From positions 1 to 34,427 of the IMG/VR virus record IMGVR_UViG_3300020044_008626: DNA of 34,427 nt, one strand, 5' to 3'. Made by a program: the position numbers and the translations under genes. Below the pieces are notes generated by a model that was not told the DNA's origin, did not search any database, and saw only the letters and a list, made by a program, of their open reading frames with translations. Positions 16,763-25,528 of the stretch are shown in pieces; within the stretch, counting starts at the first letter, position 1; every line of letters starts with the position of its first letter. This stretch comes from a virus (taxonomy: Duplodnaviria; Caudoviricetes).

Positions 16763-16777
16763 CACGCGTCGTCAAAT

Positions 16778-19069
16778 GTGACGCACACCGTATTCATTGA
16801 CCTCGATTCGCACGTTGCTACGGCAAGCGCAACCGGAACAGCCGCGCCAGATGTGCCGTTGAAGCACCTGACAAAGCAAACGCTTGCTTTTGCGTTTCAC
16901 AGCAGTGGAACCGTTGCGGCAGTTACCGGATGGAGCACGGGCCGAGTCGTCATCAAAGCAACGCCGACGAGTGACGTTTTGCTGCTTGATACCACTCTCG
17001 CCGCTACAGGGTCAACAACCTCGACACGTTACAGCGCCGAATGGGCGGCAGTCGATTGCGACAGCGCGGCACTAAGGGCGCTCATTGGCGCAAGCGTGGA
17101 GCCGCTGGACGTATTCGCAGAGATCCAATGGACGGCAGACAGCGGCACTCATGCCGTCGCGTTTCCCATTCAGATCGTGCCGACGTTCAATCTGCCCGAA
17201 GATGCACCGCCCGACCCGACAGAAGAAGCGTCATGGACTTGGCTAAAGGCGCGACTTGCTGCTGGAAGTAACATCACGTTCACGGATAACGATACGACCC
17301 AGGTTCGCACCATCGCGGCATCTGGCGGAGGCGGCGGGGGCGGCGGAGGTTCGGTGGACTGGGGAGACATTGACGGCACGTTATCAAATCAAACAGACCT
17401 ACAAACGGCGCTGAATAACAAGCAGCCGCTGGCATCCGCGCTAACGACTCTCAGCAGCGCAACAGCGGCAGGACTCGCGCTCATGGACGATGCGGATAAC
17501 GCCGCGCAACGCACGACTTTGGGCCTCGGCAATGCATCCACGCGCAACGTCGGCACAACCGCCGGCACCGTGGCCGCTGGCGATGACTCACGGCTTAGCG
17601 ATGCACGCACGCCGACAGCACATGCAGCCTCGCACATCACAGGCGGCAGTGATGCAATTCAATCTGCTACGGCATCGCAGAACGGTTTAGCAACCGCTGC
17701 GCAGATCACGAAGTTGGACGGCATCGAAGCACTGGCCGATGTCACCGATGCAGCAAACGTCGGCGGCGCTATTCACGGAGCGACGGCTAAGACCACGCCC
17801 GTAGATGCAGACACGGTCTCATTGATCGATAGCGCAGCATCCAACGTGCTCAAAAAACTAAGCTGGACCAATATCAAGGCCACGCTCAAGACTTACTTCG
17901 ATGCGCTGTATGTAACGGGGCCAGCATCCGCCACCGACAACGCAATCGTCCGATTTGACGGCACCACCGGCAAACTGGTGCAGAACAGCGGCGCTACAGT
18001 AAGCGATGCCGGAGTCATCACCGCCCCAACTCTACAAAGCACGCCCGGCAATACGTCAGGCGCTGGGGCGGGTGGGTCTGGAGGCATTGTGGACATGCGC
18101 GGCGGCAGCGGCGCAGAGGGGTCAGAGTCTGGAACGACCTTTGCAGCAGGCGGCCACGGTGGTCAGGTTTACACGGTGGGTGGATCAGCTTTTGCCGACG
18201 ATAGCCTAGGCTATCAATTCGCAGGCGGCAGCGGCGGCAATATCAACACCGCTGGCGGCAACGCCTCTGTTGATGGAGCGGGCGCTCGGGGCGGCGCAAT
18301 CTATACAGCCAACGGCGGCGGCTCCATCGACACGCTCACCGGCTACATTCAGCTAGGGCCAGAAGGATCGCGCACTACGATCCAAGGCAACAACTCTGGC
18401 GACACGAGCATCTTACTCCCGCCGACAGAAGGCACCGCCGGTCAATTTCTTTCGACCGATGGGGCTGGCAACTGGGACTGGTCAACACCGTCCGGCAGTG
18501 GTGATGCTCTCACCACAAATCCGCTTTCGCAGTTCGCGCCCACAACGTCCGATCAACTGCGCGGCGTTATCTCCGACGAAACCGGCAGTGGAGCGCTTGT
18601 ATTTGCTAACTCGCCAACGCTCGTCACTCCCGCGCTAGGCACGCCAGCCAGCGGCGTTCTGACTAACTGCACCGGCCTTCCAATTGCAGGCCTTGCTTCA
18701 TTTGTCGGGCTTCCAGTTTCGATTCAGCTTGCTTGCTCTGACGAAGGGACGGCATTAACAACCGGCGCGGCCAAGCTTACATTCCGAATGCCGCACGCAA
18801 TGACGCTGACTGCCGTTCGTGCCAGTGTTGGCACCGCACCAACTGGCAGCACCTTAGTTGTGGACATCAACGAAGGAGGAGCCTCCATCCTCGGCACTAA
18901 GCTCTCAATCGACGCGACGGAAAAGACGAGCACGACAGCAGCAAGCGCCGCAACGATTACAGATGCCACGCTCGCAGATGACGCGGAAATCACAATCGAC
19001 ATCGACCAGATCGGCAGCACCATCGCTGGGGCTGGTTTGAAAGTAACTCTCATCGGAACTCGCGCATGA
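16778..19069 (+). CDS. Tail fibre / receptor-binding protein
   Basis: 763 aa with mosaic fibre motifs (WGDIDGTLSNQTDLQ, DDSRLSDARTPTAH, SDETGSGALVFANSPTL) and a Gly-rich stretch. ATTGACA lies 13 nt before the GTG. Confidence 0.85.
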   Translation: MTHTVFIDLDSHVATASATGTAAPDVPLKHLTKQTLAFAFHSSGTVAAVTGWSTGRVVIKATPTSDVLLLDTTLAATGSTTSTRYSAEWAAVDCDSAALRALIGASVEPLDVFAEIQWTADSGTHAVAFPIQIVPTFNLPEDAPPDPTEEASWTWLKARLAAGSNITFTDNDTTQVRTIAASGGGGGGGGGSVDWGDIDGTLSNQTDLQTALNNKQPLASALTTLSSATAAGLALMDDADNAAQRTTLGLGNASTRNVGTTAGTVAAGDDSRLSDARTPTAHAASHITGGSDAIQSATASQNGLATAAQITKLDGIEALADVTDAANVGGAIHGATAKTTPVDADTVSLIDSAASNVLKKLSWTNIKATLKTYFDALYVTGPASATDNAIVRFDGTTGKLVQNSGATVSDAGVITAPTLQSTPGNTSGAGAGGSGGIVDMRGGSGAEGSESGTTFAAGGHGGQVYTVGGSAFADDSLGYQFAGGSGGNINTAGGNASVDGAGARGGAIYTANGGGSIDTLTGYIQLGPEGSRTTIQGNNSGDTSILLPPTEGTAGQFLSTDGAGNWDWSTPSGSGDALTTNPLSQFAPTTSDQLRGVISDETGSGALVFANSPTLVTPALGTPASGVLTNCTGLPIAGLASFVGLPVSIQLACSDEGTALTTGAAKLTFRMPHAMTLTAVRASVGTAPTGSTLVVDINEGGASILGTKLSIDATEKTSTTAASAATITDATLADDAEITIDIDQIGSTIAGAGLKVTLIGTRA

Positions 19070-19755
19070 TAAATCCATTTTGGTATTCATCAACGCCCGC
19101 GCCTCCGCCGAGTGGCGACCCTAATTGGGCCGATGTCTCCGCGCTCCTGCCGATGCAAGGCGCGAACAACGGCACGACATTTACAGATGTTAGCAACAAC
19201 GCGCTCACAGTAACCGCGCTCGGTAACGCTAAGACGACCACTGCGGATTTCAAATGGGGCAACTCTTGCGCTATCTTTGACGGCTCTGGCGATTATCTCA
19301 CAATCGCCGCGTCTAGCGCCATGAATTTCGGCACGGGTGACTGGACTGTTGAAATGTGGGTCAAGTGGACATCCGTTTCAGGCCAGCAGACCTTAATCGA
19401 CTTCCAGAACGGTCTCACTTATCTGCGCATCGATAACGGCAATACGGTATATGTTTTCGACAGCAATGGTTTTGTCGTCAATGCCGCGTCGATTTCAACG
19501 TTGTCAGCGGGCCAGTGGTATTACATCGCGCTGGTGCGCAGTGGCACGACGCGCACGCTGTATGTCGATGGCGCATCCGTTGCATCCGGTACTCGATCTG
19601 GGTCTTCGGGTGGCTCGTCTGTCACCACCAAAGTCGGCGCTCGAAACGACTCCGCCTTGGCTTACAATGGCAAGATGCAGGATCTGCGCATAACTAAAGG
19701 CGTTGCCCGCGATGTAACAACAATTCCGACCGCTGCATTTCCAACGTCTTCCTGA
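19066..19755 (+). CDS. LamG/concanavalin-A-like lectin domain virion protein
   Basis: FDGSGDYL, GTGDWTVEMWV, WYYIALVRSG, LYVDG, DLRITKGVAR. Confidence 0.88.
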   Translation: MINPFWYSSTPAPPPSGDPNWADVSALLPMQGANNGTTFTDVSNNALTVTALGNAKTTTADFKWGNSCAIFDGSGDYLTIAASSAMNFGTGDWTVEMWVKWTSVSGQQTLIDFQNGLTYLRIDNGNTVYVFDSNGFVVNAASISTLSAGQWYYIALVRSGTTRTLYVDGASVASGTRSGSSGGSSVTTKVGARNDSALAYNGKMQDLRITKGVARDVTTIPTAAFPTSS

Positions 19756-19758
19756 GCC

Positions 19759-20235
19759 ATGAAAATTCTCTACGACACCGAGACGCAAAGCCTCAAACGC
19801 TACCCTCGCAGCGATGACGAGCCGGTCGTCGGCCTTGACCATCGCTATCAAGTGCTTGAATTGATCGAACAAGAAAAGCCGGACCACGATCCCGCCACGC
19901 ACTACCTCCGCCGCACCGAGGCTATCGACCTCGACGCGCTGCAAGTCATGCGCGGATGGGAACTCGTCGCGCATGAGCCGATGCCGGTCATTGTGAGCAT
20001 GACGGCGCTTCGCCTGACATTGATCGAAATGGAGCTTGAAGATGACGTTCTAACCATCATCAACGCAATGCCGGACGCGAAACAAAAAGCCGCCGCGCTC
20101 GCATGGTGGCAAACTGCGCAGACTGTCCGGCGCAATCATCCGCTAGTTGCGCAACTCGCCGCAGCACTCGGCAAAACCGATGCCGAGATTGACGCTATCT
20201 TTGCCGCTGCGATTACCCTTTCAGCTACGCTCTAA
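19759..20235 (+). CDS. Tail-fibre-associated protein
   Basis: C-terminal W..A..V.R.HPLV..LA..LG.T..EIDAIF motif typical of fibre-adjacent genes. Confidence 0.6.
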   Translation: MKILYDTETQSLKRYPRSDDEPVVGLDHRYQVLELIEQEKPDHDPATHYLRRTEAIDLDALQVMRGWELVAHEPMPVIVSMTALRLTLIEMELEDDVLTIINAMPDAKQKAAALAWWQTAQTVRRNHPLVAQLAAALGKTDAEIDAIFAAAITLSATL

Positions 20236-20238
20236 CCT

Positions 20239-20829
20239 ATGCCCACAATGCTCATCCCCATCGCTGGAATCCACGACCATCATCACTCCGAAATGAAGCC
20301 GGACGTGGGTGACTGGAACCAGTGGATTGCGTTTGGCGGAGCGGTGATCGGCATCGCGTCGTGGCTGTGGCGTCACACGATCAAGGCGTTTCTAATCTGG
20401 TTTTGCAACGGCCTAAAAGCTCCGCAGCGCATTCAGGAAATCTCACTTCGCCTCGAAAGCATGTCGCATGACCTGCACACCGCCATCGGGCTTGCGCGTG
20501 CGACATGGGACAGCCTGCCCGGTCCCGTATGGCAGTCCGACGCACTGGGCATGTGTGTCCACTGCAACATCGCGTATCGCGAACTCCTCGGATACCAGTT
20601 CTCCGAAGTCTCCGGTCTGCAATGGAAACAGGTTATTTACCCCGACGATAAGGACATGGTGTATGAAGAGTGGGAATCGTCCGTGAAGGACAAGCGCCCC
20701 TTCGACCTGCGCTACCGCTGGATCTCCAAAGCCGGAAAGATCATACCCATCCACGCTCACGCATCAGTCATTCACGATGCCAAAGGCAACGTCTCCGGCT
20801 GGGTAGCCTTCGTCACCATTCTCAACTAA
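20239..20829 (+). CDS. Membrane-anchored PAS/PAC domain protein
   Basis: Transmembrane segment WIAFGGAVIGIASWLW, then PVWQSDALG.CVHCN.AY.ELLGY...EV.G.QW..VIYPDD and PAC motif D.KGNVSGWV. Confidence 0.88.
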   Translation: MPTMLIPIAGIHDHHHSEMKPDVGDWNQWIAFGGAVIGIASWLWRHTIKAFLIWFCNGLKAPQRIQEISLRLESMSHDLHTAIGLARATWDSLPGPVWQSDALGMCVHCNIAYRELLGYQFSEVSGLQWKQVIYPDDKDMVYEEWESSVKDKRPFDLRYRWISKAGKIIPIHAHASVIHDAKGNVSGWVAFVTILN

Positions 20830-20836
20830 ACCAACA

Positions 20837-21229
20837 ATGAAAAACTATCGCACCACCATCATCGGCGCACTCCTTGCAGGCGTCTCATTCCTCGGCATCT
20901 ACCAAAGCAACGGCGGAAATCTAGCCGACTGGAAGCAATGGGTTATTCCGTTCTTCATCGCCGTTCTTGGCTATCTCGCCAAAGATGCCGGAGTCACTGG
21001 CGCTTCCAAGATGCTGATTGCCTCGCTTTGCCTTTTGAGTCTGCCAAGCTGCGGCACGCTTCCAGACGGCACTAAGACATTCGCGGGGCTCACTAAGGCC
21101 GACTGGGCGCTTGTGTCGAAAGATGCAAGCCAAGCCGCTATTCGCTCCGGCGCTCAAGCTGGACTGGTTAGCTACGGCTCAATGCGTGCGCTGACAGCCG
21201 CTAAAAACCCAGTCAACGTAACACCATGA
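20837..21229 (+). CDS. Putative holin with a C-terminal lipoprotein-like extension
   Basis: Two N-terminal transmembrane segments (MKNYRTT..AKD), then LCLLSLPSC. Lies upstream of the endolysin. Confidence 0.6.
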   Translation: MKNYRTTIIGALLAGVSFLGIYQSNGGNLADWKQWVIPFFIAVLGYLAKDAGVTGASKMLIASLCLLSLPSCGTLPDGTKTFAGLTKADWALVSKDASQAAIRSGAQAGLVSYGSMRALTAAKNPVNVTP

Positions 21230-21372
21230 CCGCGCTTCAAATCGCCGCCTATGCCCTCGGCTTTGCCGTTGCAGGCATCGCCGTTCTGGCATGGCTCATC
21301 ATCGCGCTAGATCGTGTTGCGGATCGTGACGCGGAAGAGCGCAAGAAGCGCAAAAAACTGGACCTGCCATGA
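21226..21372 (+). CDS. 48-aa single-pass membrane protein in the lysis cassette
   Basis: Below the ORF-track cutoff. MTALQIAAYALGFAVAGIAVLAWLIIALDRVADRDAEERKKRKKLDLP, with ATGA overlaps at both ends. Confidence 0.7.
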   Translation: MTALQIAAYALGFAVAGIAVLAWLIIALDRVADRDAEERKKRKKLDLP

Positions 21373-21938
21373 TTATTTGCATTGATCCTGGACATGGAAT
21401 GAGCAACCGGCGCAAAGGTGTCTATGACTCCGGCGCAGTCGGCGGCAATGGCACGGATCAAATCACCGAGGCCGAAATAGTAATGACCTGGGCGAATGAT
21501 CTTCGCGCTGTTTTGCTTGCGATGGGGCATAAGGTTATCCGCACGCGAGTCGATCATAAAGATCCGGCACCTGTTGGCATGCGGGCAAAAATCGCGGCGG
21601 ACTATAAATGCGACGTTCTAATCTCGCTGCATTGCAACGCTGCCAACGGCTCCGCAAATGGCACTGAGACGTTTTATCGCGGCGAGGCAAACAAGACGCT
21701 AGCGACAGCTTGCAACGCTGCAATCGTGGCATCGCTAGGCACACGAGACAGAGGCATCAAAACCGAATCACAGAGCCAGCATTCGCGCCTTGCCGTCCTG
21801 AATTTTGCTCGCTCCGTTTTGCTTGAGCTTGGCTTTATCGACCACGCCGGAGACAGGCGGGCGATGACAGATGATGCGAAGCGCAAAGCTGCATGCCACG
21901 CGCTCGCTTGTGCGATTTGTAAAAATGTTCTTGCGTAA
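21369..21938 (+). CDS. Endolysin, N-acetylmuramoyl-L-alanine amidase (Amidase_3)
   Basis: IDPGHG, conserved Glu, ISLHCNA, GTE, LLELGFI. Confidence 0.93.
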   Translation: MIICIDPGHGMSNRRKGVYDSGAVGGNGTDQITEAEIVMTWANDLRAVLLAMGHKVIRTRVDHKDPAPVGMRAKIAADYKCDVLISLHCNAANGSANGTETFYRGEANKTLATACNAAIVASLGTRDRGIKTESQSQHSRLAVLNFARSVLLELGFIDHAGDRRAMTDDAKRKAACHALACAICKNVLA

Positions 21939-21953
21939 AATGAAAAAGTGAAA
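21935..21953 (+). promoter_or_regulatory. 19-bp motif, copy 3
   Basis: GTAAAATGAAAAAGTGAAA fills the spacer after TTGCGT. Confidence 0.6.
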
Positions 21954-21986
21954 GAAGCTCATGGCGTTACCGTTAACCACAACGCC

Positions 21987-22199
21987 ATGAAACAATCACG
22001 ACTTGTCCGCCTCCTGCATCTCCTCACGCTCTACCGGCGCTGCGCTGCGACTTTGTTAATCACAGCGCGGGACATTTTCCGAAACGGCAAACGAGGCAAA
22101 GCGATGAAGATGATCAGCGAATATCAGCGCATCAAGAATTGCCTTGCCGATACTCAGTCAACCGTTGCTCGTATGCTGGCTGGCATCATCGCCGCATGA
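21987..22199 (+). CDS. Small basic hypothetical protein
   Basis: 70 aa from ATG 21987 with an AC-rich leader. Confidence 0.6.
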   Translation: MKQSRLVRLLHLLTLYRRCAATLLITARDIFRNGKRGKAMKMISEYQRIKNCLADTQSTVARMLAGIIAA

Positions 22200-22203
22200 T
22201 TTT

Positions 22204-22272
22204 TCCCAACGCCAGCTTCCCTCCCGCTGAACTGCGGGGCAGGTATCGGTTAGCAGCGATGCCTTGTTCATT
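22204..22272 (-). mobile_element. attC: Decayed attC site of the helicase cassette
   Basis: On the - strand: R'' AATGAAC, spacer AAGGC, L'' ATCGCTGC, inner stem, 6-nt spacer, R' GTTGGGA. The L' arm appears partly deleted. Confidence 0.55.
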
Positions 22273-22294
22273 TTCTTCATCTTCTGCGGATGAA

Positions 22295-23395
22295 ATGATA
22301 TTGCGAGGCTATCAATCTTCCATTGTTGGCGAGACGCTGACAGCCCTCGAAACGCATTCCCGCGTCGTGGTGGCATGCCCTACCGGATCAGGAAAAACCG
22401 TGATCGCCATCCATGGACTGCTCCCGAAACTACCCGGCAAGACGGCATGGGTGACGCACCGCAAGGAACTGGCGAAGCAAGCCCGCGAATACGGGCAAGC
22501 CCTCGACGTGTTCATGGCGCAAGGGGAAATCACTGGCGAATATGATACAATCATCATCGACGAGGGCCACCACGTCTGCGCCGCTCAGTATCGCAAAATC
22601 CTTGCTGGCTACCCATCCGCTAAAATCATCGCGCTGACTGCAACGCCCTACCGGCTGGACGGTGTAGGACTTGGATCGTGTGGATTCTCTCGGATCGTCC
22701 ATGGGCCGGATACCTACGACCTGACGGAAGATGGAACACTCTGCCGCGCTCGGTTCTATATCCCGCGCTCGGAACACACGGCGGCATGGTCGCCGGATGC
22801 CGCCGCAAGGCGCATCATCCAAACCGCATTCACGAAGGGAATCGTCTTCTGCCGATCCGTGCGAGAAGCGCAAGAACTGGCGCAACTTCTGGCGGATGCT
22901 GGAATAAAGGCCGCGAGCATTGACGGCGCAACCGATCCGAAAAAGCGGGCGAAACTCTTCCGTAACTTCGCCAAGTGTAAGCTCAAGATCATGTGCAATC
23001 ACACGATCTTCACGGAAGGCGTGGACGTGCCGAATGTGGATCTGGTGGTATTGAATCGCCACACACTGAGCCGCTGCCTCTGGAAACAGATGATCGGGCG
23101 CGGAACGCGGAACGCTCCAGGCAAGAGAGAATGCACGGTGCTAGACCTCGCTGGGAACGGCGTGCTGCATGGCTCAATCTACGACAGGGAAATCTATGAT
23201 TTAAACGGCAAAGTGGAATCCACCGAATCCAGAACACTCACGAAAAGCGAAGCCTCAGATGAGGCAAAAGAATATGAACACAACCAAGGAGAGGAACTAA
23301 AAGAATGGAAACCGCAACCGAAACCAATCAGGCTAATCGAGAACTTACGGCAACTGAAATCAAAATCACCCTTGCACAGATTGAGGATCGCCTAA
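22295..23395 (+). CDS. SF2 DExH helicase
   Basis: LRGYQ, PTGSGKT, DEGHH, TATP, EGVDVP, QMIGRGTR. Confidence 0.93.
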   Translation: MILRGYQSSIVGETLTALETHSRVVVACPTGSGKTVIAIHGLLPKLPGKTAWVTHRKELAKQAREYGQALDVFMAQGEITGEYDTIIIDEGHHVCAAQYRKILAGYPSAKIIALTATPYRLDGVGLGSCGFSRIVHGPDTYDLTEDGTLCRARFYIPRSEHTAAWSPDAAARRIIQTAFTKGIVFCRSVREAQELAQLLADAGIKAASIDGATDPKKRAKLFRNFAKCKLKIMCNHTIFTEGVDVPNVDLVVLNRHTLSRCLWKQMIGRGTRNAPGKRECTVLDLAGNGVLHGSIYDREIYDLNGKVESTESRTLTKSEASDEAKEYEHNQGEELKEWKPQPKPIRLIENLRQLKSKSPLHRLRIA

Positions 23396-23865
23396 CTAGG
23401 TGGATCGCTGCTGCTAGCGCTTGCCGTGCGAGCTATGACGACGAAGCAATCTTAGCCATACCTGACGAGAAGGAATTTGATGCAGCTATAGAAAAGACAG
23501 AAACCGAAGCTCGGGCGAAAAATCAAATCCCATACGGGGTATGCTTGTTCCCTTGTGATTCGATAGTGGACGAAAGGGACAAAGCTCTCTTTCTTAAGCT
23601 GGCGAAATGGTGGGTCAAAGGAGAGATGAACGAAGAGTCTTTCGACCTCTTCATCTTCCACTTCAGCGAAATCGTGGAAATTGATTTCTTTTGGGTGCTC
23701 ATGGATCAACCCGCGTTCTTCTATACGTCCCGCTGGAAAGACTATGCGGGGGAACCGACCTTCGCAGAACTTGAATCGGAGCTGAAGCAAATCGGGACGC
23801 GCTCGAAAAAGAAGCAACGGATCGACTTCAGGCTGAACATCAGACATGGGGGATTCTCCAAATGA
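23305..23865 (+). CDS. Hypothetical protein, partner of the helicase
   Basis: 186 aa. Overlaps the helicase by 91 nt. Its stop lies within the R' box. Confidence 0.7.
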   Translation: METATETNQANRELTATEIKITLAQIEDRLTRWIAAASACRASYDDEAILAIPDEKEFDAAIEKTETEARAKNQIPYGVCLFPCDSIVDERDKALFLKLAKWWVKGEMNEESFDLFIFHFSEIVEIDFFWVLMDQPAFFYTSRWKDYAGEPTFAELESELKQIGTRSKKKQRIDFRLNIRHGGFSK

Positions 23866-23913
23866 ACACCAAGCGATGCAACGCAAAGCGTTTGCGTCCG
23901 CGCTAAGTTCGTT
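23861..23913 (-). mobile_element. attC: Short attC-like site (53 bp)
   Basis: On the - strand: R'' AACGAAC, 5 nt, L'' GCG(G)ACGC, short stem-loop, L' GCATCGC, 5 nt, R' GTTCATT. Confidence 0.6.
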
Positions 23914-24190
23914 TGCACACTGGACAAGGGCCAAGTAACCCCGTGCCAGCGTTGCGCAAAATGCGCCCGGTACCGAGGCAGCGCTTGCACGTTTTAACCG
24001 CCGGCAAATCGCCGCCGCCACTCAATGAGGAATGCGGAGACGGGGCCACCTTCGCCGCAATTGAGTCTGCAACGGCAGAGATCAGCCTTGGAGCATTCGA
24101 CATAGAGGCAGCCAGGCTCATAGTTAAGCTGGGGCCGTTGACCCCGTTTACATACTGCGGACTCATTGAAATTGTCTCGAATTTGTTCAT
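23903..24190 (-). CDS. Small Cys-rich (zinc-binding) protein
   Basis: CKRCLGTG...CPVC and further Cys residues. Confidence 0.65.
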   Translation of the reverse strand: MNKFETISMSPQYVNGVNGPSLTMSLAASMSNAPRLISAVADSIAAKVAPSPHSSLSGGGDLPAVKTCKRCLGTGRILRNAGTGLLGPCPVCKRT

Positions 24191-24196
24191 AAGCTG

Positions 24197-24568
24197 TCAT
24201 GGTTTGAGTTTGCGCATCAACTGCCACACGCGTTGCCTGCTGCAACCTAGCGCCAGGGCATTCTCAGCGGCGGTTTTACTCCGGTCAATCAGCGCCGGGT
24301 CAATTTTCCGCCGCGTGACAATGTAAGGGCGACGGCCAAGTGTGCCTTTAGGCTGGCTTAGTTTGCGCCTTTTTGCGGCGACGACATGACGACCAATGCC
24401 AAGCGCATCAGCTAGCGGCTGATCTGTCATCGTCCAATCAGCAAGATCCCACCGGACCTGCGGGCATGATATTTTCCCGCCGACGCAAGAGCATCGGAAA
24501 ACAAGCTCAGGCTCATTAGAGTTACGACGCCGAACTCGGCGGCAGTTTGGGCAACAATAGTCAGTCAT
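24197..24568 (-). CDS. Zn-ribbon/HTH putative DNA-binding protein
   Basis: CPNC..C, LADALGIGRHVV, ENALALGCSRQRVWQL. Confidence 0.65.
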   Translation of the reverse strand: MTDYCCPNCRRVRRRNSNEPELVFRCSCVGGKISCPQVRWDLADWTMTDQPLADALGIGRHVVAAKRRKLSQPKGTLGRRPYIVTRRKIDPALIDRSKTAAENALALGCSRQRVWQLMRKLKP

Positions 24569-24897
24569 GGAATGAAGGGCTTCAGTTTTTTTGCGGCATT
24601 TTTTGCCTGAAACGTAGCATCAATGAGCGCGTTGGCTGGCTGCATGCCGCCGCGCTTTGCAAAGATCAAATTTTCAAGCGCACCATGCGCATCCTGCATC
24701 GCCTCCAGCATAGCGTCACGCTTGGCAATCGTGTCCGCAACGCTAGCCGCCATCGTCTGCATTCTGGCAAGTTCTTCACGGGCTTCGTCGCGCTCTCGTT
24801 CGAGTTTGCGACAAAATACAAACAATGGCTTTGTGTCGCCATTATCAATTTTCTCCTCATAATCCGTCTCCGGCGTTGGTCGTGTTTCGTTTTTCAT
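24565..24897 (-). CDS. Hypothetical coiled-coil protein
   Basis: Likely start MKNETRPTPETD; contains RKLERERDEARE. Confidence 0.7.
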   Translation of the reverse strand: MKNETRPTPETDYEEKIDNGDTKPLFVFCRKLERERDEAREELARMQTMAASVADTIAKRDAMLEAMQDAHGALENLIFAKRGGMQPANALIDATFQAKNAAKKLKPFIP

Positions 24898-24962
24898 AGG
24901 CCCGCAAAATACACCCATTCCGCAGAGGGGAAAATCTTTTTTGCATATTTTCAAAACTCAAT

Positions 24963-24991
24963 TTGACACATCGGCGGGCGGATGCTTTTAT
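24963..24991 (+). promoter_or_regulatory. Sigma70-like early promoter
   Basis: TTGACA-N17-TTTTAT in the AT-rich divergent intergenic region. Confidence 0.55.
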
Positions 24992-25035
24992 TGTCGCCGT
25001 CAGAGCAACACGAACAACATCACCACCGCACGACC

Positions 25036-25290
25036 ATGACAACAACCACTCAACAGATCAGCAACGACCTTTTTGCGATTGCCGAAACAATCACACGCCA
25101 AGCCGAAGCTCTCCGGCTAGATTACCTGACCGAAAACGACGGCACGCCCGAAAGCGATCAGATTAACATGCTGGCAGTTGCAAAGCTTCATGAGGCAGCC
25201 GTTGCAGCAAAGACCGCCGCCGTTGCTGCACGCCAATCACCAGACGATGAAGAGTTTGCAAACGCATTCGCTGAGCTTGCTCAAGCATAA
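25036..25290 (+). CDS. Early hypothetical protein
   Basis: ATG after an AC-rich CACGA-containing leader. Confidence 0.7.
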   Translation: MTTTTQQISNDLFAIAETITRQAEALRLDYLTENDGTPESDQINMLAVAKLHEAAVAAKTAAVAARQSPDDEEFANAFAELAQA

Positions 25291-25318
25291 ATTCGATCAC
25301 GAGCCGCAACAAGCCGCC

Positions 25319-25528
25319 ATGAACCTCAAACACGATCCCCTCATCGACATTGACTTAACCCGTCATCTGCCAAGCCTGAAAGCCAGCCTTTCGGGTCCGC
25401 GCAGAACGCTCAACCTCCGCCGCAATACCGCAGCGGAGGAATTTTCAGCCGCCGCTTGCAAAATGATGCTCGCTTGGGCAATCGGCTTTGTCGCCTTGCT
25501 CGCAACGGCGCTCCTGCTTTGGGCATGA
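25319..25528 (+). CDS. Small protein with a C-terminal transmembrane segment
   Basis: 69 aa; ATGA-coupled to the next gene. Confidence 0.6.
   Translation: MNLKHDPLIDIDLTRHLPSLKASLSGPRRTLNLRRNTAAEEFSAAACKMMLAWAIGFVALLATALLLWA

Noticed and set aside
16778-19755. Diversity-generating retroelement or invertible fibre cassette
   Set aside because: No reverse transcriptase or invertase gene, and no duplicated template/variable repeat noticed by eye.
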